The translations under genes and the position numbers were made by a program. Below, one piece after another: positions 54,733 to 64,000 of a stretch of 64,000 nucleotides of DNA; the stretch's first letter is position 1, and each line of letters opens with the position of its first letter. The notes under the pieces were generated by a model. That model did not search any database. It had not been told where the DNA came from and saw only the letters and a program-made list of their open reading frames with translations. The stretch comes from Akkermansia sp. GTDB lineage: Bacteria; Verrucomicrobiota; Verrucomicrobiia; Verrucomicrobiales; Akkermansiaceae. Location of the stretch: the NCBI GenBank assembly GCA_043729195.1, contig JAYTLR010000096.1, positions 24,306 to 88,305 on the forward strand, given 5' to 3'.

Positions 54733-55424
54733 CGGGCATCATCATTTTGGCGGCGGGCGAGTCGAAGCGCTTCGGGTCGCCGAAACAGCTCGCGGAATTT
54801 CGAGGGAAGGCGTTGCTGCGCCAGGCTGCAGAAACGGCGGTGGACGCGCAACTGGGTCCGGTGACCGTGGTGCTCGGCGCAGCGGACCAAGCCTGCCGCG
54901 AGGTGCTCACGGGATTGGAGGTGAGCATCGTGCACAACCCCGAATGGCGGAACGGCATGGGCAGTTCGATCGTCGCAGGAATGAAGTCGTGCGAGGGAAT
55001 GTCGCTCGATGGCGTGATCATCATGCTCGCCGACCAACCGGGCGTGACCGCGCAACATCTGCGGGCACTCGATGCCGCATCGACCGCCAAACCGATTGTC
55101 GCCTCCCGCTATGATGGCCAGTTGGGCGTGCCCGCCTGGTTCTCCGCTGCGAAATTCGACGAGATGCTGGAACTGGAAGGCGAAAAGGGAGCGAAGGCGC
55201 TGATCGCCCGGGAGCCGTGGGTGCAGGGGATCGAGATGCCTGCCGCGGCGTTCGATGTGGATACCCCGGCGGATCTCCTGCGACTTTCGCAGAAGAGCGG
55301 CTTGAAACGAGGCCAGGTGGGGCAGGTTGGTCGAATGGTCTCGCGCGACCTCGGCATGCCCTTCGACCGCGCTTCCCGTGACAGCATGCCGCAAACATCC
55401 CTTTGGAACCAATCCTATGAATGA
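54729..55424 (+). CDS. mocA: Molybdenum cofactor cytidylyltransferase (MobA-like NTP transferase)
   Basis: GIIILAAGESKRFGSPKQL and MLADQP motifs. ATGA overlaps at both ends. Confidence 0.8.
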   Translation: MTGIIILAAGESKRFGSPKQLAEFRGKALLRQAAETAVDAQLGPVTVVLGAADQACREVLTGLEVSIVHNPEWRNGMGSSIVAGMKSCEGMSLDGVIIMLADQPGVTAQHLRALDAASTAKPIVASRYDGQLGVPAWFSAAKFDEMLELEGEKGAKALIAREPWVQGIEMPAAAFDVDTPADLLRLSQKSGLKRGQVGQVGRMVSRDLGMPFDRASRDSMPQTSLWNQSYE

Positions 55425-56107
55425 TTCACGAAAGAGAGGAGGATCCCATGCATGATCCCGAAAATTACGAGACTCCACGAGGAGACTTTACCCGACGCCA
55501 ATTCCTCGTCGCGGGTGCGGCGGGGGTGGCGATGACCGGCCTGTCGCGCACGGCCGGCGGACAAACGGCGGCCGCCCCCCATCTCCTGAAACCCGTGATG
55601 AGGAAGGTCTCCGTCACCGTGAACGGAAAGGCTGCCGAGCTCGAGGTCGACACACGGACCACGCTGCTCGATGCCTTGCGCGAACACTTGCAACTCACGG
55701 GCACCAAGAAAGGCTGCGACCAGGGGCAATGCGGCGCGTGCACGGTGCTTTCGGAGGGTCGGCGGATCAATTCCTGCCTGACGCTCGCGGTGATGCACGA
55801 GGGCGGCGAGATCACCACCATCGAGGGCTTGGGGACGCCGGAAAAGATGCACCCGATGCAAAGCGCGTTCGTGAAATGCGACGGCTTCCAATGCGGCTAT
55901 TGCACGCCTGGCCAGATCTGCTCCGCGGTGGCGGTGCTGAGCGAGATCAAGGCGGGCAACCCGAGCCATGTGACCGCCGATCTGATGAAAGCACCCGAAC
56001 TCACCGGCGCGGAACTGCGCGAGCGGATGAGCGGCAACCTCTGCCGTTGCGGGGCCTACTCCAACATCGCGGAAGCCATCACTGAAGTAGCCGGGAGGAC
56101 CGCATGA
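55421..56107 (+). CDS. paoA: Periplasmic aldehyde-oxidoreductase-type [2Fe-2S] small subunit with a Tat signal
   Basis: Twin-arginine [17 protein letters not shown]. Cluster motifs [11 protein letters not shown] and CGYCTPGQI. About 228 aa, matching E. coli PaoA size. Confidence 0.8.
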   Translation: MIHEREEDPMHDPENYETPRGDFTRRQFLVAGAAGVAMTGLSRTAGGQTAAAPHLLKPVMRKVSVTVNGKAAELEVDTRTTLLDALREHLQLTGTKKGCDQGQCGACTVLSEGRRINSCLTLAVMHEGGEITTIEGLGTPEKMHPMQSAFVKCDGFQCGYCTPGQICSAVAVLSEIKAGNPSHVTADLMKAPELTGAELRERMSGNLCRCGAYSNIAEAITEVAGRTA

Positions 56108-57057
56108 AACCCTTCACCTACGAGCGCGCGACATCCCCCGCGGCGGCTGCTGCGGCCGCGCTGCGCCACCCCGGTGCCCGCTTCGTGGCCGGCGGCACGA
56201 ACCTGCTCGACCTGATGAAGCTCGAGATCGAAACACCGCCGCATTTGATCGATGTGAACGGGCTCAAGCTCGACACCATCGAGGCCACCGAAGAAGGCGG
56301 CCTGCGGATCGGTGCCATGGTGCGCAACAGCGATCTCGCCGCCGATGAGCGCGTGCGGCGCGACTACGGGGTGCTGTCGCGCGCGCTGGTCGCGGGGGCC
56401 TCGGGCCAACTGCGGAACATGGCGACCACGGCGGGCAATCTTTTGCAACGGACACGCTGTCCCTATTTCTATGATACCAACCAGGCCTGCAACAAACGCG
56501 AGCCGGGCAGCGGCTGCGCGGCGATCGGAGGATCCAGCCGGCTGCATGCGGTGGTCGGCGTGAGCGAGGCCTGCATCGCAACGCATCCGAGCGACATGGC
56601 GGTGGCGATGCGGGTGCTCGACGCGACGGTGGAAACGATCCGGCCGGATGGCACGACGCGGTCGATCCCGATCGCCGAGTTTCACCGCCTGCCCGGCGAC
56701 ACGCCGGATGTCGAGACGCTGCTGGTGACCGGCGAATTGATCACGGCGGTGACCTTGCCCGCGCCGGTCGGCGGCGTGCATGTTTACCGGAAAGTGCGCG
56801 ACCGCGCTTCCTACGCCTTCGCGCTGATTTCGGTCGCAGCAATCATTCAAAAGGATGGAACGGGCCGCGTGGCCCTCGGCGGCGTGGCGCACAAGCCATG
56901 GCGTGTCGAGGAAGCGGAGGCCGAGCTGCCGAAGGGGGCCAAGGCGGTCACCGCGAAGTTGCTGGCGGACGCCAGGACGACGCCTGAGAACGCATTCAAA
57001 ATCAAACTCGTGGAACGCACGCTGGCCTCGGTGCTGGCGGAAGCAAAAGAAGCCTGA
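56104..57057 (+). CDS. paoB: FAD-binding medium subunit of a xanthine-dehydrogenase-family enzyme
   Basis: [14 protein letters not shown] motif. Extra Cys cluster [20 protein letters not shown], PaoB-like [4Fe-4S]. 317 aa. Confidence 0.8.
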   Translation: MKPFTYERATSPAAAAAAALRHPGARFVAGGTNLLDLMKLEIETPPHLIDVNGLKLDTIEATEEGGLRIGAMVRNSDLAADERVRRDYGVLSRALVAGASGQLRNMATTAGNLLQRTRCPYFYDTNQACNKREPGSGCAAIGGSSRLHAVVGVSEACIATHPSDMAVAMRVLDATVETIRPDGTTRSIPIAEFHRLPGDTPDVETLLVTGELITAVTLPAPVGGVHVYRKVRDRASYAFALISVAAIIQKDGTGRVALGGVAHKPWRVEEAEAELPKGAKAVTAKLLADARTTPENAFKIKLVERTLASVLAEAKEA

Positions 57058-57060
57058 ACC

Positions 57061-59328
57061 ATGAAATTCGACACTCCCGCCAAGGACAATCCGATCGACC
57101 AGTTGAAGGTCGTCGGCAAGCCCGTTGATCGCATCGATGGGCCGCTCAAGACGACCGGCACCGCGCCGTATGCCTACGAACGCCACGACGTCGCGGCGAA
57201 ACAGGCCTACGGCTACATCGTGGGCGCGGGCATCGCGAAGGGCCGCATCGTCTCGATGGATCTCGCCGCCGCCAAAGCCGCTCCCGGCGTGATCGCGGTG
57301 GTGACCGCCGCGAACGCCGGCAAGCTCGGCAAGGGGAAATTCAACACCGCCAAGCTGCTCGGCGGGCCGGAGATCCAGCACTACCACCAGGCCATCGCGG
57401 TAGTGGTGGCGGAGACCTTCGAACAGGCTCGCGCCGCAGCGACTCTGCTGCACGTGAAATATGCGGCGGAGAAAGGAAGCTTCGATCTCGCGGCGGTGAA
57501 GGACAACGCGCCGATGGCCAAAGATGTAGGCGGCACGGTCGCGGCCGGGAGCGAGGTCGGCGACTTCGCCGGGGCCTTCGCCGACGCGCCGGTTCAGCTC
57601 GATGCCACCTACACGACCGCGAACGAATCGCACTCGATGATGGAGCCGCACGCCACGATCGCGGCATGGGATGGCGATCAACTTACGCTGTGGACCTCGA
57701 ACCAAATGATCGATTGGAGCGTGGCCGACATGGCAACGACCCTCGGCATTCCGAAGGCTAAAGTGCGGCTTATCTCACCCTACATTGGCGGCGGTTTCGG
57801 CGGGAAGCTGTTCCTCCGCTCGGACGCGCTGATGGCCGCGCTCGGCGCGAAGGCGGCGAAACGGCCGGTGAAAGTCAACTTGCAGCGTGCATTGATGGCG
57901 AACAACACGACCCATCGCGCGGCGACCATTCAACGGATCCGGATCGGCGCGACGAAGGACGGGAAGATCACGGCGATCGGCCACGAGTGCTGGTCGGGCG
58001 ATCTGGAAGGCGGCGGTCCCGAAGCCGGTGCGATCCAGACCCGCGCGCTGTATGCCGGTGAGCACCGGATGACGGCCAACCGCTTGGCGGTGCTGGATCT
58101 GCCCGAAGCGAACGCGATGCGGGCACCGGGCGAAGCGCCCGGCCTGGCGGCGCTGGAGATCGCGATGGACGAGATGGCGGAGAAGCTGGGGATGGATCCG
58201 GTGGAATTCCGGATCGCCAACGACACGCAGGTGGTGCCGGACAATCCGCCGCCGCCCCCGTCGCCGGACGCGAAATCGAAGGATCCCGGCGAAAAGCCGA
58301 ATCCCAATCCGCCCTTTTCACAGCGCCAACTGGTCAAGTGCTTGAAGGATGGAGCCGAGCGTTTCGGCTGGGACAAACGCAACTCCAAGCCTGGCCAAGT
58401 GCGCGAAGGACGCTGGCTGGTCGGCATGGGCGTTGCAGTGGCATTCCGGAACAGCCAGCTCATGAAATCGGCCGCGCGGGTGCGCTTGGACGGCAAGGGC
58501 AGGGTGACAGTGGAGACGGACATGACGGACATCGGTACTGGCAGCTACACGATCATCGCCCAGACCGCCGCGGAGGTGATGGGCGTGCCGTTGGAGGAAG
58601 TCGTGGTGCGCCTGGGCGACTCCACCTTTCCGGTATCTTGCGGTTCAGGCGGGCAGTGGGGCGCTAACAATTCGACCTCGGGCGTGTATGCCGCTTGTAT
58701 GAAGTTAAGGGCATTGATCGCGAAAAAGACGGGCTTCGAGGACGGAGAGTTCGTCTTCGCCGATGGCAAGGTGACGGTTGGCGACCAAAGCATGACACTC
58801 GCCAAGGCGGCAGGTGAGGAAGGCCTCCTCGCGGAAGACATGATCGAGTATGGCAACCTGGATAAGAAGTTCCAGCAATCGACCTTCGGCGCGCATTTTG
58901 TGGAAGTCGGGGTCGATGCCTTCACCGGCGAAACGCGCGTGCGGCGGATGCTTGCCGTCTGTGCCGCCGGCCGCATCCTCAACCCCAAAACCGCGCGCAG
59001 CCAGGTGATCGGTGCGATGACCATGGCCGTGGGAGCCGCTTTGATGGAAGAGTTGGCGGTCGACAAGCGGCAGGGCTTTTTCGTGAACCACGATCTCGCG
59101 GGTTATGAAGTGCCGGTGCATGCCGACATCCCGCACCAGGAGGTGGTGTTCCTCGATGAGACCGATCCCTTGTCATCGCCGATGAAGGCAAAAGGCGTGG
59201 GGGAACTCGGCATCTGCGGTGCGGCCGCCGCCATCGCAAACGCGATCCACAACGCCACCGGCGTTCGCGTACGGGACTATCCGGTCAAGCTTGAGAAGTT
59301 GATCGATGGGTTGCCGGAAGTGGGGTGA
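57061..59328 (+). CDS. paoC: Molybdopterin-binding large subunit of a xanthine-dehydrogenase-family aldehyde oxidoreductase
   Basis: YIGGGFGGK, MRAPGE, and GVGELG motifs. 755 aa. Confidence 0.85.
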   Translation: MKFDTPAKDNPIDQLKVVGKPVDRIDGPLKTTGTAPYAYERHDVAAKQAYGYIVGAGIAKGRIVSMDLAAAKAAPGVIAVVTAANAGKLGKGKFNTAKLLGGPEIQHYHQAIAVVVAETFEQARAAATLLHVKYAAEKGSFDLAAVKDNAPMAKDVGGTVAAGSEVGDFAGAFADAPVQLDATYTTANESHSMMEPHATIAAWDGDQLTLWTSNQMIDWSVADMATTLGIPKAKVRLISPYIGGGFGGKLFLRSDALMAALGAKAAKRPVKVNLQRALMANNTTHRAATIQRIRIGATKDGKITAIGHECWSGDLEGGGPEAGAIQTRALYAGEHRMTANRLAVLDLPEANAMRAPGEAPGLAALEIAMDEMAEKLGMDPVEFRIANDTQVVPDNPPPPPSPDAKSKDPGEKPNPNPPFSQRQLVKCLKDGAERFGWDKRNSKPGQVREGRWLVGMGVAVAFRNSQLMKSAARVRLDGKGRVTVETDMTDIGTGSYTIIAQTAAEVMGVPLEEVVVRLGDSTFPVSCGSGGQWGANNSTSGVYAACMKLRALIAKKTGFEDGEFVFADGKVTVGDQSMTLAKAAGEEGLLAEDMIEYGNLDKKFQQSTFGAHFVEVGVDAFTGETRVRRMLAVCAAGRILNPKTARSQVIGAMTMAVGAALMEELAVDKRQGFFVNHDLAGYEVPVHADIPHQEVVFLDETDPLSSPMKAKGVGELGICGAAAAIANAIHNATGVRVRDYPVKLEKLIDGLPEVG

Positions 59329-59462
59329 ATATGGGCGCGACTCGGTCTTCGCTCCCTCACGCTCTCCGGCACCTCGCGGAAGCGCTGCCCGTAGTCGTAG
59401 TTCGCGGCCTCCGCAATACCCCGTGCCTTGGTGACTTTCAAGGCTCCGGGCTTATTGATGCA

Positions 59463-59963
59463 TCATTCGAGTCCCGCCGCCATGCAGGGGCCGAAGAGGT
59501 CGGCGGCGGTGCGGGCGAGCCGGTGGGTCAAGTCCTTCTCTTGGGCGAGGATCGACCCCAGCACCTCCGCCTCGCGGTGCATTTCGAGGCACTCGGCGAG
59601 CGAGGTCGCGAAGCCGAAGCCCGCGATTTCGTAGTGCTTGATGAGATTGCAGTGGGAGATCAACAGCAGGTCCCTGACCTTGTCGTCGCCAGCTCTCGCG
59701 AGCCGCTCGCCTCCGCACTCGATCAGGGTCTTCACTCCTGAGCAGATCTCGCCGCCGGGAGGGGCACCGTGCCGTTCGAAGATGGAAAGCAGCATCGCCT
59801 TTTGCCTATGGCTCGGCTTTTCATGGTCGGATAAAAGCCGTCGGAGGTCGGGGAAGGTCGCTCGGGCGGCGAGTTCCGGGAGAGTGAGGATGATCTGAGC
59901 TTTCGCAGAATAAAGAACGCGGAGCTGGTCGAAGAAGAGGTCGGTCGGATGCTCGAGGGTCAT
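59463..59963 (-). CDS. Ferritin-like DUF892 (YciE/YciF-type) stress protein
   Basis: ATG at 59963 (alternative at 59987). LFFDQLRVLYSAKAQIILTLPELA...HYEIAGFGFA pattern. Confidence 0.8.
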   Translation of the reverse strand: MTLEHPTDLFFDQLRVLYSAKAQIILTLPELAARATFPDLRRLLSDHEKPSHRQKAMLLSIFERHGAPPGGEICSGVKTLIECGGERLARAGDDKVRDLLLISHCNLIKHYEIAGFGFATSLAECLEMHREAEVLGSILAQEKDLTHRLARTAADLFGPCMAAGLE

Positions 59964-60197
59964 GGCTTGGGTTGATTTGGGTTCCATCCTTGGAGATTCC
60001 TCGCAGAGGGCGTGCCGTTATCGCGGGTGGCATGACCATTGGAATCATGGAGGTAGGTCATTCGACCTGCGGTCCGCATGGCGCGGACTGCATTACCGCA
60101 GGGCGGAATGCGATACCCTCCAGTTCGACCGATCCTCGCGGCGGTTCGGGGTTGTCGTCGTTGTCCCTGCCCTCGCCCGGATGCGGAACGCACCGCA

Positions 60198-61259
60198 CTA
60201 GCCCATCACCCGCTGGAAAAACCAGAACGCCCCGGCCGTGGTGACGCACAACGCTCCTGCCGCGACGACCCGTCCGGCGGCCGACGGGCTGCGACGCGTC
60301 AGGTAGGCAAGGGCCGGGGCGACCGCCAGAACGATGCAGGCCTGCCCGATCTCGACGCCGGCGTTGAAGGCGAACAACGACCAGCCGAGCGCCTGGGGTG
60401 GCAGCGTCATTTCCTGCAACACGTTGGCAAAACCGAAGCCGTGGATCAGGCCGAACACGAAGGCGAAGATCAGCCGCGGATCGCGCGACCCGGCACCGAG
60501 CAAGGCGTGTGCGCCGACGAACACGATGCTCAAGGCGATGACCGGCTCGATGACATCCGCCGGCGGACTGAGGATCCGGAACGTGGCCAGGCAGAGCGTG
60601 ATGCTGTGCGCCACAGTGAAAGCGGTGACGATCTTCAGAAGCTCCTTCACCCCGCCGCCAAGCAGCATCAGGCCGACAACGAAGAGGATGTGGTCGGGTC
60701 CAATGAAGATGTGGTGGATGCCTTCGTAAACGAATTCGCCGATCACTTCCATCAGCCCTTGGGTGGATGCCAGGTCAAAGTCGATGGCGGGAGAGCCCTT
60801 CTCGAACGCTTCCTGCCGCAACAGTTCGTCGCCGCTATAGACGTTCACGTAAGTCCGGTGCCGCGGGTCGTAGGGAAACAACGCGCTTTCCACCCGCAGC
60901 TTTTTCGGCACTGCTGGCAAATCCGCATGGAAGGTGAGTCGTACATCCCGCTTCTCCGGGATGGGCGTGATTTCGCCCAAGGTCAGCACGACCGGCGAAC
61001 CGTCCGCGGTGACTTTGAATTGCGACGCGATCAGGGCCGACAAGACGGCCCGGCGGGAGTCGGTCGGCACCCCATCCAGCAGCATCCCGGGTTCGGTGTC
61101 CGGCAAGTAGTGGGCGAGATCGGTAGTGGAAGCCGTGAAACTCGCGTCGATCCCGGCGCGCCCGAGTTTCAGATCCACGAAGCTCGTCGGCTCGTCGTGA
61201 CCGCGCGCGAAAGGCAGTAAGAACACGGCGATGATCAACGGCAGGAGAAACGTCTTCAT
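60198..61259 (-). CDS. HupE/UreJ-family membrane protein with an N-terminal periplasmic domain
   Basis: ATG at 61259. Signal peptide, about 170-aa soluble domain, then HIFIGPDHILFVVGLML...VTAFTVAHSITL...GLIHGFGFA. Confidence 0.85.
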   Translation of the reverse strand: MKTFLLPLIIAVFLLPFARGHDEPTSFVDLKLGRAGIDASFTASTTDLAHYLPDTEPGMLLDGVPTDSRRAVLSALIASQFKVTADGSPVVLTLGEITPIPEKRDVRLTFHADLPAVPKKLRVESALFPYDPRHRTYVNVYSGDELLRQEAFEKGSPAIDFDLASTQGLMEVIGEFVYEGIHHIFIGPDHILFVVGLMLLGGGVKELLKIVTAFTVAHSITLCLATFRILSPPADVIEPVIALSIVFVGAHALLGAGSRDPRLIFAFVFGLIHGFGFANVLQEMTLPPQALGWSLFAFNAGVEIGQACIVLAVAPALAYLTRRSPSAAGRVVAAGALCVTTAGAFWFFQRVMG

Positions 61260-62671
61260 CTCGTCCCCTGCGCGGGTTCGGCAATTGCGGCGCTGGCACC
61301 GCTCAACGAATCAAGCGTCTTCCTTGCGATCGGTGCCTGGAGCACGTTGAACTGAGGGTTTTGCCCGAGCGCCTGGTGCAAGTGCGTCCTCGCCTCCTGC
61401 TTTCTTCCCCCGGCCGCCGCAATCATCCCGGCGTGATATCGCATTTCCGCATCCGGAGTGTTCTGGCTAAGCGCGGTTTTCATGGCCGCGTTCGCTCGTT
61501 TGAGATCGCCGTTCTTGAAATAGACCCATGCCAACACATCTGCTTCGAGGACGTTCTTCGTGAGCTTGTGCTCTTCCGCCATGCGCAAGGCGATCACCAG
61601 ATTCCGGTCGTGGTCGGCATAAAAGCGGGCCATCTGCATATGATCGTGACCGCCTTTTGCTTCGGAGGCCGTGTGCAGTTCCTCGACCTGCGCGTAGCAT
61701 TCCTCCGCCTTCGCCGAATCGCCCGCTGCGGCATGGACGTCGCCTTTCGAAACAAGCGCGTCGTGGTGGGGCCCCGCCTCGAGCAGCTTTTCGCAAAAGC
61801 CGAGCGCCGCCGGGTAGTCCAGCTTCGCCGCGGCAATCCGGGCCGCCGCCATCAGCACGTGCGGGTTGCGGGAATCCCTTTTAAGGTCCGGTTGCAGCGC
61901 CTGTTGTGCGGGAAGAAGCGCCCCGTCGTGAAAGTGCATCATCGCCAGTTTCGCGCGGCACCACGCGGTGTTCTCGCCGAACGGCGCGCCGGCACGGATG
62001 GCCTTTTCCATCAGCCACACGCCCCTCCTCTTGTCACCGGTGAGCCACAGCAGATGGCCCCCACGGCTCCACGAGGACAGGTCCGGACGCAGGTCCATCA
62101 TCTTCTGATAGGAATCGAAGGCCTGTTCATAGTCGCCGAGTTCCAGCGCCGCGTCGCCGATGATCCCGGTCGCGGCGATGTGCTCGGGGTCGATGGCCAG
62201 CGCCTTGTTCGCCCACCCGACACTTTCGTCGAACAGATGGCGCCCGCCGGTGACCCAGGCCATGCCGGTCATCGCATTCACGTTCTGCGCGTCGATCTTC
62301 AACGCGTGTGAATACGCCGACGCTGCATGTTCATAAAAGATGGGGTCGGAGGTATCGCGCAACTTTTGCGCGAGCAAATCGCCCAGATCGATCCAGCCAC
62401 GTGCCTTTTCGGGCGTGGCGGTGGCACGGCTGATTCCCTTGGCGAGCGCTTTGTCGGTATCGCTCCTCCGCTCCACGGGGATGGCGGCCAGGATTTCAGC
62501 GGCCGACGTTTCAACGGGCTTCACGGCTTCGACAGTAGCGGGAGGCGGTGGGCCGGTCTTCATCGAATACGCTGCGGCGAGCGCGGCGAGAACGCAAAGG
62601 ATCAGGGCGGGCAGTCGCCAGCGGCTTGTCCTAAGCGGTGTCGCATCGACGGAAAGGGAGGTCGGGATCAT
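61256..62671 (-). CDS. Tetratricopeptide-repeat protein, membrane-anchored
   Basis: ATG at 62671. TM segment LPALILCVLAALAAAYS. Multiple 34-aa A/Y/L TPR units. The stop overlaps the hupE-like start (ATGA). Confidence 0.8.
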   Translation of the reverse strand: MIPTSLSVDATPLRTSRWRLPALILCVLAALAAAYSMKTGPPPPATVEAVKPVETSAAEILAAIPVERRSDTDKALAKGISRATATPEKARGWIDLGDLLAQKLRDTSDPIFYEHAASAYSHALKIDAQNVNAMTGMAWVTGGRHLFDESVGWANKALAIDPEHIAATGIIGDAALELGDYEQAFDSYQKMMDLRPDLSSWSRGGHLLWLTGDKRRGVWLMEKAIRAGAPFGENTAWCRAKLAMMHFHDGALLPAQQALQPDLKRDSRNPHVLMAAARIAAAKLDYPAALGFCEKLLEAGPHHDALVSKGDVHAAAGDSAKAEECYAQVEELHTASEAKGGHDHMQMARFYADHDRNLVIALRMAEEHKLTKNVLEADVLAWVYFKNGDLKRANAAMKTALSQNTPDAEMRYHAGMIAAAGGRKQEARTHLHQALGQNPQFNVLQAPIARKTLDSLSGASAAIAEPAQGTR

Positions 62672-62744
62672 GGAATTGGCGGGGAAAGTAAAACGCCGGC
62701 ACGCTCCCATGGAGTCGTGCCGGCATTGGGTCGGGGGGGGAATC

Positions 62745-64000
62745 TCAGTCGTCGTTCTCGCCGGAGTCCTTCTGGTTGCGAGTGCCCGAATGCGGGGTGG
62801 CGGCATACGGGAAGGTGCGGTTGTAGATCGCATCGTTGGCATTGGCATTGTCACCTACCACCGTGATGGTGGTGAAGTTCGGGCCGCTGGCCAACGCGGT
62901 GAGAGCGATGTCCACCACGTCGTCGCCGAAGCGTCGGCCGTTCGGCCAGCCGGAAGGAATCTCGGGACCGGTGCCGGCATTGGTCGGAGTGGTATCTCCG
63001 CCGATGAAACTCAAACGATTGAAGTCGGCATCACCAGCGATCGGGATCGCGCCCGTGGTCGTGTTCACCCGCAGGACGTCGGGAATGAAGATGGCGACCA
63101 GGTCGGCGCGGTTGGTGGTCTGGAAGTTTTGTCCGAAGACGCGGTTGATGAGTGCGGCAAGTTCCGGAGTTTCGGCATACTTCTGGAAAAACTGAGCGTC
63201 TTCCGTGGGTACGGTGCGGTTGTAGCGGTCCTTGTCGGCGATCGCCACCAACACCTCGTTGAAGAGCGGGTTGCCCAATCGGTTCACTTGCACCCACTTG
63301 CCGGCGTCGCGGTTGTTATAGGTGGTGCGGCGGAGGGTATTCATCGGGCGACTGACCGAGGCATACACGCCGACGCCGGTGCTCGCCGGTTGCAGCGCGC
63401 CGGTGTAGGGATAGCTCGGCAACTGGCTGAGTGGAATCACGATGGAATAGTGCAGCGTGTTAAAGCCCTTGAAGCCGTCCACGCCGTTGCCGTCCTGACC
63501 GAAGCCCGGCGTGCCGTTGTTGTCGAGTATCCGGCCGTCGAGCAGGTCGAAGATGGCCGGGGTGTCGGCGAAGAAGCCGTCCTCGCGCGTCCCGCAGAAA
63601 ACCGTGGTGCCGCCGGGCAGGTCATAGGTTGCCTGGCCCGTGTAGGCATCCAGCGTCGCGCGGGTGGTGGCACCGGAGATCGCAAAGCCGTTGGCGTCGT
63701 TGTAACGCGGCGTGACTTTCATTCCAACATTCGGCGGGGCAACGATCAGTTCGGCGGTGCCGTTGAGTGCGGTCGGGCGACCTCGGCGTTTGGCGCGGGA
63801 GTCGGTCGAACTGACCTGGTAGGTCTGGACGAAGTTTTGATGAGCGTCGCCGATCGTTTGGATCGAGCCAACGTCCGGAACGCCGTTGATGTCAGCACCA
63901 CGTCCGTAACGGAGGATGGTGTTCCGGTTCTTGTAGTTGCCGGTGATCGAATCCACCGGCGAGAAGCGGAAGTCGTAGCGCAATGCTTCCGCACCATTGA
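62745..64000 (-). CDS. DUF4331-family secreted protein (5' end beyond the window)
   Basis: The frame stays open to the window edge. NRLGNPLFNEVLVAIADKDRYNRTVP and FKGFNTLHYSIVIP blocks are typical of DUF4331. Confidence 0.8.
   Translation of the reverse strand, partial: NGAEALRYDFRFSPVDSITGNYKNRNTILRYGRGADINGVPDVGSIQTIGDAHQNFVQTYQVSSTDSRAKRRGRPTALNGTAELIVAPPNVGMKVTPRYNDANGFAISGATTRATLDAYTGQATYDLPGGTTVFCGTREDGFFADTPAIFDLLDGRILDNNGTPGFGQDGNGVDGFKGFNTLHYSIVIPLSQLPSYPYTGALQPASTGVGVYASVSRPMNTLRRTTYNNRDAGKWVQVNRLGNPLFNEVLVAIADKDRYNRTVPTEDAQFFQKYAETPELAALINRVFGQNFQTTNRADLVAIFIPDVLRVNTTTGAIPIAGDADFNRLSFIGGDTTPTNAGTGPEIPSGWPNGRRFGDDVVDIALTALASGPNFTTITVVGDNANANDAIYNRTFPYAATPHSGTRNQKDSGENDD

Noticed and set aside
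59296-59462. GC3-rich reading frame continuing in-frame after the DUF892 TGA stop (..GLE*CINKPGALKVTKARGIAEAANYDYGQRFREVPE..), suggesting possible readthrough or a small downstream ORF from TTG
   Set aside because: The DUF892 protein already has normal family length, there is no recognisable motif, and only about 55 codons are involved, partly antisense to the paoC 3' end. The GC3 excess over so few codons is weak evidence.

Overview
High-GC bacterial chromosomal segment with strong GC3 bias, densely coding on both strands. I can support about 50 CDS. I saw no rRNA, tRNA, CRISPR array, integrase or transposase. The protein styles suggest a Verrucomicrobiota-like genome (inference only): a prepilin-type N-methylation protein, giant secreted proteins built from IPT/TIG-, LamG-, FN3- and InlB-B-repeat-like modules that end in a DADPDGD-containing C-terminal module, and many lineage-specific paralog pairs. 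Housekeeping genes recognised from motifs are rlmD-like methyltransferase, lepB, recQ, aroE, pabB, purN, miaB, a MoxR ATPase, a LOG-family protein, a class I/II aminotransferase, an M29 aminopeptidase, a squalene/phytoene-synthase-family enzyme and a GT35 alpha-glucan phosphorylase homolog. Accessory content includes two type II toxin-antitoxin pairs (Phd-VapC and AbrB/MazE-Doc). There is a secreted-hydrolase island with an (alpha/alpha)6 glycosidase carrying discoidin domains, a ~2300-aa HEXXH mosaic protein and two metallophosphoesterases. An xdhC-mocA-paoABC-like periplasmic molybdoenzyme operon is bracketed by two ferritin-like four-helix-bundle genes. A DUF4331-TPR-HupE/UreJ operon runs off the right edge. 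Three tandem paralog pairs have unknown function. The most unusual observations are: (i) a family of GC-rich palindromic/MITE-like intergenic repeats, including a nested ~440-bp palindrome after miaB; (ii) the phosphorylase homolog has Thr where the PLP Schiff-base Lys should be; (iii) two ~700-aa polytopic membrane paralogs of no family I can name; (iv) a C-terminal module shared by the two giant surface proteins; (v) a terminator-like hairpin in the long leader of the molybdoenzyme operon. All product calls rest on motif recognition in the supplied translations. No database search was run, several starts are uncertain (the ORF track uses ATG/GTG/TTG), and I cannot point to one clear novel system, only to ranked candidates.
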